Below are positions 13,498 through 23,503 of a stretch of DNA of 33,855 nucleotides, piece by piece; position 1 is the stretch's first letter; the number at the start of each line of letters is the position of its first letter. The notes under the pieces were generated by a model. The model was not told the DNA's origin. It made no database searches and saw only the letters and a list, made by a program, of their open reading frames with translations. Where the stretch lies: positions 1 through 33,855 of IMG/VR virus record IMGVR_UViG_3300020151_002136, one strand, 5' to 3'. Made by a program: the position numbers and the translations under genes. Origin of the DNA: a virus (lineage: Duplodnaviria; Caudoviricetes).

Positions 13498-14280
13498 ATG
13501 AATTTAACAGCAGAACAAATCCAACAAAATTGGTTACGTTTAATGGGTTTTATTGAAGATCATATTTCTGAACCTCGTAAAACAAAATTAATTGAATTTT
13601 ATGAAAGATATAGTGAGCGTCTAATGTTGATGCCTGCCGCTCATAAAAAGGAATATCATAATGCATTTCCTGGAGGGTATATAGAGCATGTAAATAGAGT
13701 GATTACTTGTGCTCTTCATCTTCATGAATTATGGGCTCAAATGGGAGCTGATACTACTACTTATACTAAAGAAGAACTTGTATTTTCTGCCCTGAATCAT
13801 GACCTGGGTAAATTAGGTGATGAGGAACATGATTCATATATTCCTCAAACAGATAAATGGAGACAAGAAAAATTAGGCGAAGATTATATGTTTAATGATA
13901 AATTGCCTTTTGCTTCTGTTCCTGATCGTGGCTTATATTTACTCCAGGCTCATGATATTAAATACACATTTAACGAAATGATTACTATTCAGACTCATGA
14001 TGGTTTATATGATGAAGCAAATAAAAAATATCTTTTAACTTATATGCCAGAAACTAAACCTAGAACTAGTTTACCTTATATTGTACATCAAGCTGATTTA
14101 ATGGCTGCTCGTATTGAGTTTGAAAGAGAGTGGTTTCCTAAATTTAACTTGGAAAAGCCAAGTAAATCATTTACCTTGGAGACAAATAAAAAATCAACAC
14201 CTTCATCACCAGCTACTAAAAGTAAAGCATTAGGTAGTTTAAAAAGTGAGGGGTTGAAAAATATGTTAAATAATTTATGA
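13498..14280 (+). CDS. HD-domain phosphohydrolase (YhaM-like)
   Basis: PAA...YHNAFPGGYIEH, LNHDLGK, THDG and VHQAD motifs. Confidence 0.85.
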   Translation: MNLTAEQIQQNWLRLMGFIEDHISEPRKTKLIEFYERYSERLMLMPAAHKKEYHNAFPGGYIEHVNRVITCALHLHELWAQMGADTTTYTKEELVFSALNHDLGKLGDEEHDSYIPQTDKWRQEKLGEDYMFNDKLPFASVPDRGLYLLQAHDIKYTFNEMITIQTHDGLYDEANKKYLLTYMPETKPRTSLPYIVHQADLMAARIEFEREWFPKFNLEKPSKSFTLETNKKSTPSSPATKSKALGSLKSEGLKNMLNNL

Positions 14281-14552
14281 TAATTTTAGTAATTGTTTTA
14301 GGTATAATGGTCGTGGTCTTAGGATACACGACCTTTAACCTTCTTAGAAAAAATGAAAAACAAGAAGACATTTTAGCTTCTTATTTAACTTACCTTAATA
14401 AAATATCAGATATCATTGATGCCTCCGATAAAAAAATTCATGAGGTAGATGTTAAAGGATCTTTTGAAAGTGATGATGAAGTAGGATTTTTCTTTACAAA
14501 CATTAAAATGATTCAAGATGTATTAAATCAATTTAAAATTAAAAATTTATGA
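14277..14552 (+). CDS. small membrane-anchored protein
   Basis: N-terminal TM helix; FESDDEVGFFF motif; ATGA overlaps on both sides. Confidence 0.75.
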   Translation: MIILVIVLGIMVVVLGYTTFNLLRKNEKQEDILASYLTYLNKISDIIDASDKKIHEVDVKGSFESDDEVGFFFTNIKMIQDVLNQFKIKNL

Positions 14553-15256
14553 GTGAGGTAGTAGTTAAGAAAAAGAAAGGGGTACAATATTTTACTCAAG
14601 ATACAGAAGATGCAATTGTATTATATAATAATACTCCTACATTTGATGAAAAAAATAAAATTTATCATGAACGTATCCATTATGGTTTCTTTAAATTAAC
14701 TGAAAACATCATTCATACATTTAAGTTTTACTATACTGAAGTAGATAATATTGAAGATTTACAATTTGAAGTAATTTCTTTCCTAATATCTAAAATGCAT
14801 TTATTTAATCCAGCTAAAGGAGCTAAAGCATATTCTTATTTTGGTACTATTGCTAAACGTTATTTGATTTTATCTAATCAGAAAAATTATAAAAAACGCA
14901 TTGAGACTTCCCCTATAGAAACATTAGAAGAAGATGAACGTCATTCGTATGAAATGGAAGATACCCAACCTATAGAACGTTTATCTTACTTTATAGATCA
15001 ATTTGCTATATATTGTACTGAAAATATTTATGAAATTTTTCCAAAACAAGAAGATGCTAAAATTGCAGATGCTATTTTAGAATTGTTTCGTAAACGAGAA
15101 CATTTAGATGTTTTTAATAAAAAAGCACTTTACATTTATATTCGTGAAATTATAGATGTTAAAACTCCTAAGATTACTAAAATCGCAAATAAATTATATG
15201 ATATATTTAAAGAAGGTTATGTATTTTATTTAGAACACGGATATACAAGGTTTTGA
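14549..15256 (+). CDS. phage sigma factor, T4 gp55-like (late transcription)
   Basis: YF..., KLTENII..F, DL..E....L..KMHLFNPAKGAKAYSYFGTIAKRYLI resembles sigma region 2 of gp55-type factors. Confidence 0.7.
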   Translation: MSEVVVKKKKGVQYFTQDTEDAIVLYNNTPTFDEKNKIYHERIHYGFFKLTENIIHTFKFYYTEVDNIEDLQFEVISFLISKMHLFNPAKGAKAYSYFGTIAKRYLILSNQKNYKKRIETSPIETLEEDERHSYEMEDTQPIERLSYFIDQFAIYCTENIYEIFPKQEDAKIADAILELFRKREHLDVFNKKALYIYIREIIDVKTPKITKIANKLYDIFKEGYVFYLEHGYTRF

Positions 15257-15261
15257 TTTTA

Positions 15262-15270
15262 ATATTTATA
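15262..15270 (+). promoter_or_regulatory. putative late promoter ATATTTATA
   Basis: Heads the baseplate operon. Confidence 0.6.
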
Positions 15271-15280
15271 ATCAAAATTT

Positions 15281-15619
15281 ATGAGTTTAGACGCTGTAAT
15301 ATTTAAAAAGAAAAAATTTTCTGATATCCTAGAAGAAATTTATGAGAACCAAAAGAAAAAGGAATCACAAATTTCTGCTTTGATTGGTGAATTAAAACCT
15401 CTTATTAATGATATTGGTGATGCTACTTTAGTTGTTCCTTTAATTAAGGAATATATGGAAATTGGAGTCAAAAATGATGAACAACTAATCAAAATGGCTA
15501 CTATTGTTCAGCGTGCTCTACAAGCACAAGCCCAAAATAATTCAAACGAATTATCTTTTTCTGAAGAAGAAAAAGCACAGCTATTTGATTTAGCTAAAAA
15601 CATTGGAGAAAATAAATAA
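15281..15619 (+). CDS. conserved-looking helical phage protein of unknown function
   Basis: 112-aa coiled-coil-like ORF. Confidence 0.75.
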   Translation: MSLDAVIFKKKKFSDILEEIYENQKKKESQISALIGELKPLINDIGDATLVVPLIKEYMEIGVKNDEQLIKMATIVQRALQAQAQNNSNELSFSEEEKAQLFDLAKNIGENK

Positions 15620-16893
15620 TGGGTGTTAGAAGATACGGACAAGCAGCCGCAAACCAAGTATTTAATAAACAAGCAACTCCCCAAGTTGATGATAATATAG
15701 CGTTTATATCTGCTAGAGTATTAAGTATTATTTTAGATGAATCACATCCTCGTTATCAAGAATTAGGAGGAGAAAAAGCAATAGGATATGTTGAAATAGA
15801 AATAATTTCACCCCCCTCAGCCCCCCAATCAGGAACCCCTACAATAGCTCAACCGTTATTTCCTAATATTAGTAATTATCCTATTATTAATGAAATAATT
15901 TTCTTATTAAAACTTCCTAATCCTTCTACTCAAACAAAAAGTTCATCAACAACTTATTATTATTTTACTCCTATAAATCTATGGAATACAGTTCATACTA
16001 ATCCTTTACCAAACCCACAATTTGGAAAAATTGTTGAGAAAGGAGCTGGTAAAACATACGATATGGTAGAAACTGGATTTCCTAATGTTACTGAGGTTAT
16101 ACAACAAGATTATGTTACTTTTTTAGGTAATGGTTTTAATGAAAAAGCAAATATTAGACCTTTAATGCCTTATATTGGTGATGTTATTCATCAAGGAAGA
16201 TGGGGTAATTCTTTAAGATTTGGTAGTACATTTACTAATAATTCTAGAGTTGGTAATTTTAAAAATAATTGGTCTGAAATAGGAACCAATGGTGATCCTA
16301 TTATTATAATTAGAAATGGCCAATATGTTAATCCTACTTTTGCTGGTTATAATCATATAACTGAAAATATAAATTTAGATGATTCTTCAATTTATATGAC
16401 TTCAACCCAACAAATTCCAGTTGAAGTTAATAATACTAATTATGATAATTATAATGAAGCACCTGAATCACCAAACTTATACTCAGGAAAACAAATAATT
16501 CTTAATTCAGGAAGATTAATTTTTAATGCTAAAGAAGATCATTTATTATTAAGTTCTGAAAAATCTATAGGATTAAATACAAATGGAACTTTTAATGTTA
16601 AATCATATAAAGAAACAATTATATCTTCTCCCAAAATTTATCTAGGAAGTAAAATTGCTATTGAACCTGTATTATTAGGAAATCAAACAGTAAAATATTT
16701 AGAAAATTTAATTAATGCTTTAATAACATTAGTTACACCATTAACTCAACTTCAATCTTATGTTGAAAACCAATATGTTCAACCAAAACCAAATACTGAA
16801 GTAAGAATAGCAGCAAAAAATGCTTTAGAAATTTTACAATTATTAGTAGACAATACTGAAGTAATAAAATCTACATCCGTTAAAACTATATAA
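15619..16893 (+). CDS. baseplate central spike/hub protein (gp5/VgrG-like, no lysozyme domain seen)
   Basis: N-terminal OB-fold-like A.PL......YP..NE.I.L; GDVI.QGRWGNSLRFGS; C-terminal short beta-strand repeats; EPVLLGN; baseplate context. Confidence 0.6.
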   Translation: MGVRRYGQAAANQVFNKQATPQVDDNIAFISARVLSIILDESHPRYQELGGEKAIGYVEIEIISPPSAPQSGTPTIAQPLFPNISNYPIINEIIFLLKLPNPSTQTKSSSTTYYYFTPINLWNTVHTNPLPNPQFGKIVEKGAGKTYDMVETGFPNVTEVIQQDYVTFLGNGFNEKANIRPLMPYIGDVIHQGRWGNSLRFGSTFTNNSRVGNFKNNWSEIGTNGDPIIIIRNGQYVNPTFAGYNHITENINLDDSSIYMTSTQQIPVEVNNTNYDNYNEAPESPNLYSGKQIILNSGRLIFNAKEDHLLLSSEKSIGLNTNGTFNVKSYKETIISSPKIYLGSKIAIEPVLLGNQTVKYLENLINALITLVTPLTQLQSYVENQYVQPKPNTEVRIAAKNALEILQLLVDNTEVIKSTSVKTI

Positions 16894-19359
16894 ATGGCAG
16901 AAGGACAATTAGGAACTAAAATAAATCAAGGTAATCCTAAAGATTATACTAAAGGTTCTACTGTGTTTAGAAGAGGTAGTGTTGATCCTTTTGTGTCTCA
17001 AATTAAAGATTTATTACTTAAGTTTTTTAATAATTTAAAAGATTCAAAAGGTCAAAATTTAGAAATTCCTAAAGAAATTCTAGCCTTAAAACCATCACAA
17101 GAAGCAATATCTAAAAACCCAGGAGATAAAAAAGCAATACTTTTATATCAAACCTTTGGACCTACTACAGAATTAGCTGTTAAAACATTTCAAAGTTGGT
17201 ATAGAAATAATGTTAATCCACAGTTATTAATTGATGGTAAAGTAAGAGAACAAACATGGTCTGCTTTAAATTCTACTTTTACTGATGATATAGTACCTAT
17301 TCCTCCTCCACCATTAAAAAAGATTACAGGAACAATAAGAGATTTTGACACAGACCAACCTTTATCAGGAGTTATAGTAAAATTCAATCCAGATCCTAAT
17401 AATCAAAGACAATCAATTACTGATAGTAATGGATTTTTTTCATTAGATTTAACAGAAGATGTAGTGTTTTATGCTGGTATTCCTCCAACAGAAGATAAAT
17501 ATAAATCAATACCTACAACTAATGTTCCTTCTTCAGTATTAACACCTCCTGTTCCTTTTATATATCCTACTACTGAATATCTAAAATACACTAATTCATA
17601 TAAAAAAGTTTTAAACGATCCTGGATATTTAGCTTTAGATCCTACATTAAAAAAAGAAATATTACAACATTTAAAAATTGTTTTTGATAAACAAAAAACA
17701 GTAACAATTAAAGAAAAAGGAAAAAATGTAAATAAATCTATAAATTATGTTTATAAAGGAGCTAAAACTTTAACTAAAGATAGACTAAATTATATTACTC
17801 CTTTAACTGCTGAGGGAGAATGGATTTATGATTTAAAAACTATTTATTTATTTGCTCCTTCCCTCCCTAACTCACTTGATGTTATTAAAAGTAAACAAAT
17901 GTCAGATGAAGAAAGGAAAAAAATAACTTTAAAAAAACCAGATGTAGGTATTTTAGAAAAAGTATTAAATCAAACCTTATCTATTGTAAGAGAAAGATTA
18001 AATGATTATGTAGTAAAACAATTAGATACTGTAGGTATTTCTGATCCTTATTTAGTAATTGATGCTTTAAATGAGTTTGATACAAGTATTAAATTATCTG
18101 AAGAAAAAGACAAAAAATATAAAGCAAGTTTAGAAACTAATTCTAACTCAATTAAAACAAAAATTTCAAGTTCTTTTTCTGAATTTAAATCTTTAAAATT
18201 TCCTAATCCTTTTACTCAAAATAAAACTGAAAAAGAAGAAACAAGTGCTGATTCATCTTTACCAAAACAAACAGCAACTTATATTGATCCTTTTGATAAT
18301 ATATCAAGAGTTACTACTATAGATGATGTTGAAATTCCTGTAGAAACACCCTTAACAGGATCGACTTCCCTATCTCAAATAACCGAAAATCAATCAAACC
18401 AGAGTGATTTAGGTAGAAAATTACAAATATTAATAGCTCGAGGTATATTAATTATTCCAAAGAAATGCCCTGCTGATGCTCAAGGATTAACTGCTTTAAT
18501 TGAAAATAGAAATAAAGTTACAGCTCAATTAAATACTATAAATAATGTTTTAAGTTTTAATCTAACTTCAGTGAAATTTATTAATGTTTTATTAGAAAAC
18601 TTCCAAGTAGCTAAAATAGCAGCTTTAGCAGCTTACGCTACTATCCCTGCTCCCGCAGCCCTAGTAACAACAGGTATTATTAGTGCTCAAGAAGATACAA
18701 AAAATGAATTATTAAAAAACTTAGATAAACAAATTGATAAACTAAGAGCCAAAATAGAACCATCAGAAAAAATGATCTTATCTATTCTTTTAGAATTAAA
18801 TAAAATTTTAATTTTTTTAAGTTTATTAGATGTTATTCTTAAAGAATGCGCTACAGATCAAAATTTACCTCTTGATCAAGTTAGTGAAGACATTATAAAA
18901 GCTACAGCTGAAGCAACATCTCAAGGTCAATCTGTATCTACTTTTTATAAAGGATTTACACTTGAAATTCAAACAGAAGAATCAGACAGTGAATATAAAA
19001 GAAGATTCGCTCAAGCTAGAGATTCTTTTGGTGTTATTGTTTTAAAAGGTCAACCATCGTTTTCTTCAAACCCTCAAATATTACTTAATGAATTAAAATT
19101 CCAAATTGATTCTAAAGGATTAGGAGAACCACCAGCAGTTGAAATTTTAAATCCTCTCCCAAGAAAACAAACCTTACCTTCTAAACCTGCTTCTAATATA
19201 CCTCCTCCATTATCTAAAGGAGAGCCAGCACCTGTAGGATATGTAGGTAAATTTAAAGGAGAAAAAGCTTATATTCCTGTAGGAAATGGTTCAACAGAAG
19301 ATGTTTATGAGTGGACAGGTAACTTTTGGACTAGAACAGGAGAAATAAATCAAATATAA
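16894..19359 (+). CDS. baseplate-region protein with PG-binding and carboxypeptidase-regulatory-like domains
   Basis: FGPTTELAVKTFQ..DGKV...TW; ITGTIRD..TDQPLSGV.V...TDSNGFFSL; helical C-terminal half. Confidence 0.65.
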   Translation: MAEGQLGTKINQGNPKDYTKGSTVFRRGSVDPFVSQIKDLLLKFFNNLKDSKGQNLEIPKEILALKPSQEAISKNPGDKKAILLYQTFGPTTELAVKTFQSWYRNNVNPQLLIDGKVREQTWSALNSTFTDDIVPIPPPPLKKITGTIRDFDTDQPLSGVIVKFNPDPNNQRQSITDSNGFFSLDLTEDVVFYAGIPPTEDKYKSIPTTNVPSSVLTPPVPFIYPTTEYLKYTNSYKKVLNDPGYLALDPTLKKEILQHLKIVFDKQKTVTIKEKGKNVNKSINYVYKGAKTLTKDRLNYITPLTAEGEWIYDLKTIYLFAPSLPNSLDVIKSKQMSDEERKKITLKKPDVGILEKVLNQTLSIVRERLNDYVVKQLDTVGISDPYLVIDALNEFDTSIKLSEEKDKKYKASLETNSNSIKTKISSSFSEFKSLKFPNPFTQNKTEKEETSADSSLPKQTATYIDPFDNISRVTTIDDVEIPVETPLTGSTSLSQITENQSNQSDLGRKLQILIARGILIIPKKCPADAQGLTALIENRNKVTAQLNTINNVLSFNLTSVKFINVLLENFQVAKIAALAAYATIPAPAALVTTGIISAQEDTKNELLKNLDKQIDKLRAKIEPSEKMILSILLELNKILIFLSLLDVILKECATDQNLPLDQVSEDIIKATAEATSQGQSVSTFYKGFTLEIQTEESDSEYKRRFAQARDSFGVIVLKGQPSFSSNPQILLNELKFQIDSKGLGEPPAVEILNPLPRKQTLPSKPASNIPPPLSKGEPAPVGYVGKFKGEKAYIPVGNGSTEDVYEWTGNFWTRTGEINQI

Positions 19360-19375
19360 AAACTTATTAATTTAA

Positions 19376-19384
19376 ATATTTATA
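19376..19384 (+). promoter_or_regulatory. putative late promoter ATATTTATA
   Basis: Recurrent motif, upstream of ATG 19389. Confidence 0.6.
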
Positions 19385-19388
19385 AACA

Positions 19389-19736
19389 ATGAAACCATCA
19401 GATTTTAAGAAAATTATTAAAGAGGCAGTAAAGGAAGCTATTCAAGAAGAATTAAAAGATATTCTATTGGAAGCTATTCGTACCCCTAAGACAATTGTTA
19501 CAGAGTCAATCAAGGACACTTATGCTCAACCTAGTATTTCTAATCCAAAACAATTAACAGCTGCTGAACGTAGAAACATGTTCTCAGGAATGATTGGAGA
19601 AATGCAACAAGGAGGAATAGCAAATACTTCTTATCAAGGAACTATAAATCCGGCTCAACCCGTTGATACAGTTAATGGTGCTTTACCTGAAGGACAAGTT
19701 GGATTAGATCAAATAATGGCTTTAATGAATAAATAA
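19389..19736 (+). CDS. hypothetical virion-associated protein
   Basis: N-terminus MKPSDFKKIIKEAVKEAIQEELKDILLE; structural operon. Confidence 0.75.
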   Translation: MKPSDFKKIIKEAVKEAIQEELKDILLEAIRTPKTIVTESIKDTYAQPSISNPKQLTAAERRNMFSGMIGEMQQGGIANTSYQGTINPAQPVDTVNGALPEGQVGLDQIMALMNK

Positions 19737-20143
19737 TGGCATTTGGTGTTAAAAAAATATATCCTATAGATAAAAAACCTAGATACGCGGTAGGGATTAA
19801 TATTCCTTTTAGTGTACCTGGGGTTTTTGAATCTAATTTTTTCACCAAAGATGCTATTAAAAATAACTTAATTAATTTTTTCTTAACAAATACTGGAGAA
19901 AGATTTTTAAATCCTACTTTTGGTGGTAATTTAAGAAAACAATTATTTGAACAAATAGATGAAGGAAACTTAGATAATTTTAAATTATTGCTTTCTTCTT
20001 TATTATTAACAAATTTTCCTTCTGTTTTAGTAGAATCTTTAGATGTACTATCAGAAATAGATAATCAAACAGTTTTTGTAAATTTAAAATACAGTGTAAA
20101 AGATACTGGTATTGATGATGAAATTCAAATTGCATTTAACTAA
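19736..20143 (+). CDS. gp25: baseplate wedge/sheath initiator, gp25-like
   Basis: AIKNNLINFFLTNTGERFLNPTFGGNLRKQLFE, the gp25/GPW signature. Confidence 0.9.
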   Translation: MAFGVKKIYPIDKKPRYAVGINIPFSVPGVFESNFFTKDAIKNNLINFFLTNTGERFLNPTFGGNLRKQLFEQIDEGNLDNFKLLLSSLLLTNFPSVLVESLDVLSEIDNQTVFVNLKYSVKDTGIDDEIQIAFN

Positions 20144-21999
20144 TGGCTGTAAATAGAGACATAAAATACATAAATAAAGATTTCAATGAATTAAGAAGTT
20201 CATTGGTTACTTTTGCTAAAACTTATTTTCCAACAACATATAATGATTTTAGCCCTTCATCACCAGGAATGATGTTTATGGAGATGGCAGCTTATGTAGG
20301 TGATATTTTATCTTTTTATACAGACAACCAAATTCAAGAAAACTTTTTACAGTATGCTCGTCAAACAAATAATTTATATGATTTAGCATATATGTTTGGT
20401 TATAAACCAAAAGTGACAGGAGTCGCTTCTGTAGATGTTAATTTTTATCAACAAGTACCTGCTATTTCTTCTGGTTCAACTTATGCTCCTGATTTTTCTT
20501 ATGCTTTATTAATTGGAGAAAATTCAACTGTAGTTTCTAGTTTAACAGGAAGTACTAATTTTCTAATATCAGATAAAGTAGATTTTTCATATTCTAGTTC
20601 AGCAGATCCTACTTCAGTATCTATTTACACATTAGCTTCTGGGGTTCCAACTTATTATTTACTTAAAAAAACAAGAAAATCAATATCAGCAGCTATTAAA
20701 TCAACCTCATTTTCATTTAATGATCCTATAGAATTTAGTACTGTCACTATAAATGATGATAAAATTATTGGTATTTTAGATATAACAGATAGTGATGGAA
20801 ATATTTGGTATGAAGTAGATTATTTAGCTCAAGATACTATTTATGATTCTATATCTAATACTAATGTAAATGATCCTAACAATAGTGTAAGTTCAAGTGA
20901 TACTCCTTACTTATTACAATTAAAACAAATTCAAAGAAGATTCACAACTCGTTTTCTTTCTTCAGGGTCAATACAATTACAATTTGGTTCTGGTATATCA
21001 TCTGATATTGATGAAATTATTATTCCTAACCCAGATAATGTAGGTTTAGGATTACCTTTTGAAAAATCAAAATTAACAACTGCTTATTCTCCTACCAATT
21101 TTATTTTCAATAACACTTATGGTATTGCTCCTTCAAATACCACTTTAACAGTAAGATATTTAACAGGAGGAGGAATTGAATCAAATGTACCAGCAGGTGC
21201 TTTAACAATACTTAATGCTTCTTCTACTAAATTTTTAAATTTTAATCTTAATTCTTCTGTAGCTAATATTATTTTTGGAACTTTAAGAGTAATTAATGAT
21301 GAAGCAGCTACTGGAGGACAAGATGGAGATTCAATTGAAGAAATTAGAAAAAATTCATCTGCTAATTTTGCAACCCAATTACGAAATGTAACAGCTGATG
21401 ATTATTTAGTTAGAGCATTATCCATGCCTCCTAATTATGGTACTATTTCTAAAGCATATATTACAAAACCTACATTAAGACAAACATCTACCGGTGAAAT
21501 AGGAAGTCTTGATTTATATGTGTTATCTTATGATAATTTAAAAAGATTAAGATCCCCAAGTACAGCTTTAAAAAATAATCTTAAAACTTATCTATCTCAA
21601 TACAGAATGGTAGGAGATTCAATTAATATTAAAAACGCATTTATTGTAAATATAGGTGTTGATTTTGATGTTATTGTATTACCTAATTTTAATAATAATG
21701 AAGTTTTATTAGCTTGCATAACTGCTTTAAAACAATATTTTAATATTAATAATTGGCAAATTAATCAACCAATTATATTAAGAGATATTTATATATTATT
21801 AGATAAAATTCAAGGAGTTCAAACTGTAAAAAATATAAACATTACTAATAAAGTAGGTTTAAGTGAAGGTTACTCAAATTACATATATGATATTTCTGGG
21901 GCTACTCAAAATAATGTAATTTATCCTTCAATTGATCCTATGATTTTTGAATGTAGATATCCTGATACAGATATTCAAGGAAGAGTAGTACCTTTATAA
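20143..21999 (+). CDS. gp6: baseplate wedge protein, T4 gp6/baseplate J-like
   Basis: KDFN.LR..L, EMAAYVGDILSFY.D, A.MFGYKP, FGSG, YLTGGG..SN, ATGG.D.DSIEEIR, RNVTADDY. Confidence 0.9.
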   Translation: MAVNRDIKYINKDFNELRSSLVTFAKTYFPTTYNDFSPSSPGMMFMEMAAYVGDILSFYTDNQIQENFLQYARQTNNLYDLAYMFGYKPKVTGVASVDVNFYQQVPAISSGSTYAPDFSYALLIGENSTVVSSLTGSTNFLISDKVDFSYSSSADPTSVSIYTLASGVPTYYLLKKTRKSISAAIKSTSFSFNDPIEFSTVTINDDKIIGILDITDSDGNIWYEVDYLAQDTIYDSISNTNVNDPNNSVSSSDTPYLLQLKQIQRRFTTRFLSSGSIQLQFGSGISSDIDEIIIPNPDNVGLGLPFEKSKLTTAYSPTNFIFNNTYGIAPSNTTLTVRYLTGGGIESNVPAGALTILNASSTKFLNFNLNSSVANIIFGTLRVINDEAATGGQDGDSIEEIRKNSSANFATQLRNVTADDYLVRALSMPPNYGTISKAYITKPTLRQTSTGEIGSLDLYVLSYDNLKRLRSPSTALKNNLKTYLSQYRMVGDSINIKNAFIVNIGVDFDVIVLPNFNNNEVLLACITALKQYFNINNWQINQPIILRDIYILLDKIQGVQTVKNINITNKVGLSEGYSNYIYDISGATQNNVIYPSIDPMIFECRYPDTDIQGRVVPL

Positions 22000-22009
22000 T
22001 TTAAATTAA

Positions 22010-23122
22010 ATGGCAGTATATAAAATATTCCCCATAGCAGATGCTACAATATATTCAGCTTATCCTACATTAAATACAGGATTAGATGAAATATTAGAAG
22101 CATCTACTACTGACGAATCATTTAGTGATCCGAACCTACAAACATCAAGAATGTTAATTAAATTTTCTTCAACAGAAATTAATGACATTATAACTAATAA
22201 AATTGGTACCGCGTCTTGGGCTTCTTCTTTTAAATTGTTTATAGCTAATGCTGAAGGAGTTACAGGTACAACAACTTTAGAATGTTATCCTACTTCAGGT
22301 TCTTGGAATATGGGTACAGGCAAATATACTGATGACCCTGCTATAGAAAATGGTGTATGTTGGACTTATAGAAACGCTTCAGGTTCATTTTATTGGAAAT
22401 TTTCATCTTTTGGACCTTACGTAACAGCTTCATTTTCAGGATCTAATTCTGGTGGAGGAAACTGGTATACTGGTTCTTCTATAGCTGGTTTAAATGTTAA
22501 ATCAACTCAATCATATTCTTATTATGATGATAAAGATTTAAATTTTATTGTTACTGATGTTGTTAAAGCTTGGATTAGTGGTGCTATTGTAAATGAAGGA
22601 TTTCTTGTTAAACAACAAAATGAATTTACTTCAAATCAAGATACAGAATTAAAATACTATTCAAGAGATACACATACTATTTATCCTCCTCAATTAGAAT
22701 TTAAATGGAATGATTTTACATACTCAACAGGAAGTTTAACAGTCTTAAACCAATCACCAGCTTATGTAAATATTGAACAAAACCCAGGAGTGTTTTATAG
22801 TCAAAGTGTTAATATTTTTAGAGTAAATTCACGTCCTCAATATCCTGCTAGAACTTGGGTTACAAGTTCTTGGTATACTGAAAATTATGCTTTACCTACA
22901 GCTTCTTATTATGCTGTAAAAGATTTAGATACAAATGAGTATGTAATTGATTTTGATACTACTTATACAAAATTAAGTTGTGATGCTAGTGGTAGTTTCT
23001 TTAAATTATATATGAATGGATTAGAACCTGAAAGATATTATAAAATTTTAGTTCAAACTATTATTAATGGTTCAACAGTAGTATTTGATAATAATTATAC
23101 TTTTAAAGTAGTAAATGGATAA
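22010..23122 (+). CDS. virion structural protein (DNRLRE/CBM96-like N-terminal beta-sandwich)
   Basis: ADATIYS..P.LNTG.DE.LE, SRMLIKF, W..GTG, VTD.VKAW..G..N.GF, YSRD..PQLE pattern. Confidence 0.6.
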   Translation: MAVYKIFPIADATIYSAYPTLNTGLDEILEASTTDESFSDPNLQTSRMLIKFSSTEINDIITNKIGTASWASSFKLFIANAEGVTGTTTLECYPTSGSWNMGTGKYTDDPAIENGVCWTYRNASGSFYWKFSSFGPYVTASFSGSNSGGGNWYTGSSIAGLNVKSTQSYSYYDDKDLNFIVTDVVKAWISGAIVNEGFLVKQQNEFTSNQDTELKYYSRDTHTIYPPQLEFKWNDFTYSTGSLTVLNQSPAYVNIEQNPGVFYSQSVNIFRVNSRPQYPARTWVTSSWYTENYALPTASYYAVKDLDTNEYVIDFDTTYTKLSCDASGSFFKLYMNGLEPERYYKILVQTIINGSTVVFDNNYTFKVVNG

Positions 23123-23490
23123 TGGCTGAAAAAGTAGAATTTAAAAAAATAGTATTAGATAGAACTGAATTTGCCAATACAGTAAATACAGACTTTACTC
23201 AATTGGGTAATGTTACTTCCATAAATGAAGTGATCCCAACCCAACCAGATGTAAATGAGTTTTTTAATTTATACAATACTTTATTTTATGATATACCTCA
23301 ATTTGGAGATGTAAAATCTCATCAGTACATTGTAGAACAAAGCGGTAGATATATTAATTTTAATCAAGTTGATGAGGATTTACAAGCTTTACAAGATGAA
23401 ATTTCTTCTTTAAGAGAACAACTTTTAGAAGCAAATCAAACAATTATAGACTTACAAACTTCATTTGCTTCATTTAATACTGGAGTATAA
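23122..23490 (+). CDS. hypothetical virion protein with C-terminal coiled coil
   Basis: LQALQDEISSLREQLLEANQ; structural operon. Confidence 0.75.
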   Translation: MAEKVEFKKIVLDRTEFANTVNTDFTQLGNVTSINEVIPTQPDVNEFFNLYNTLFYDIPQFGDVKSHQYIVEQSGRYINFNQVDEDLQALQDEISSLREQLLEANQTIIDLQTSFASFNTGV

Positions 23491-23503
23491 TTATAAATAA
23501 GTA

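Noticed and set aside
23492-23499. T4-type TATAAATA late promoter (also at 7026-7033)
   Set aside because: Only two upstream occurrences noticed in very AT-rich DNA, against eleven for ATATTTAT; could be chance
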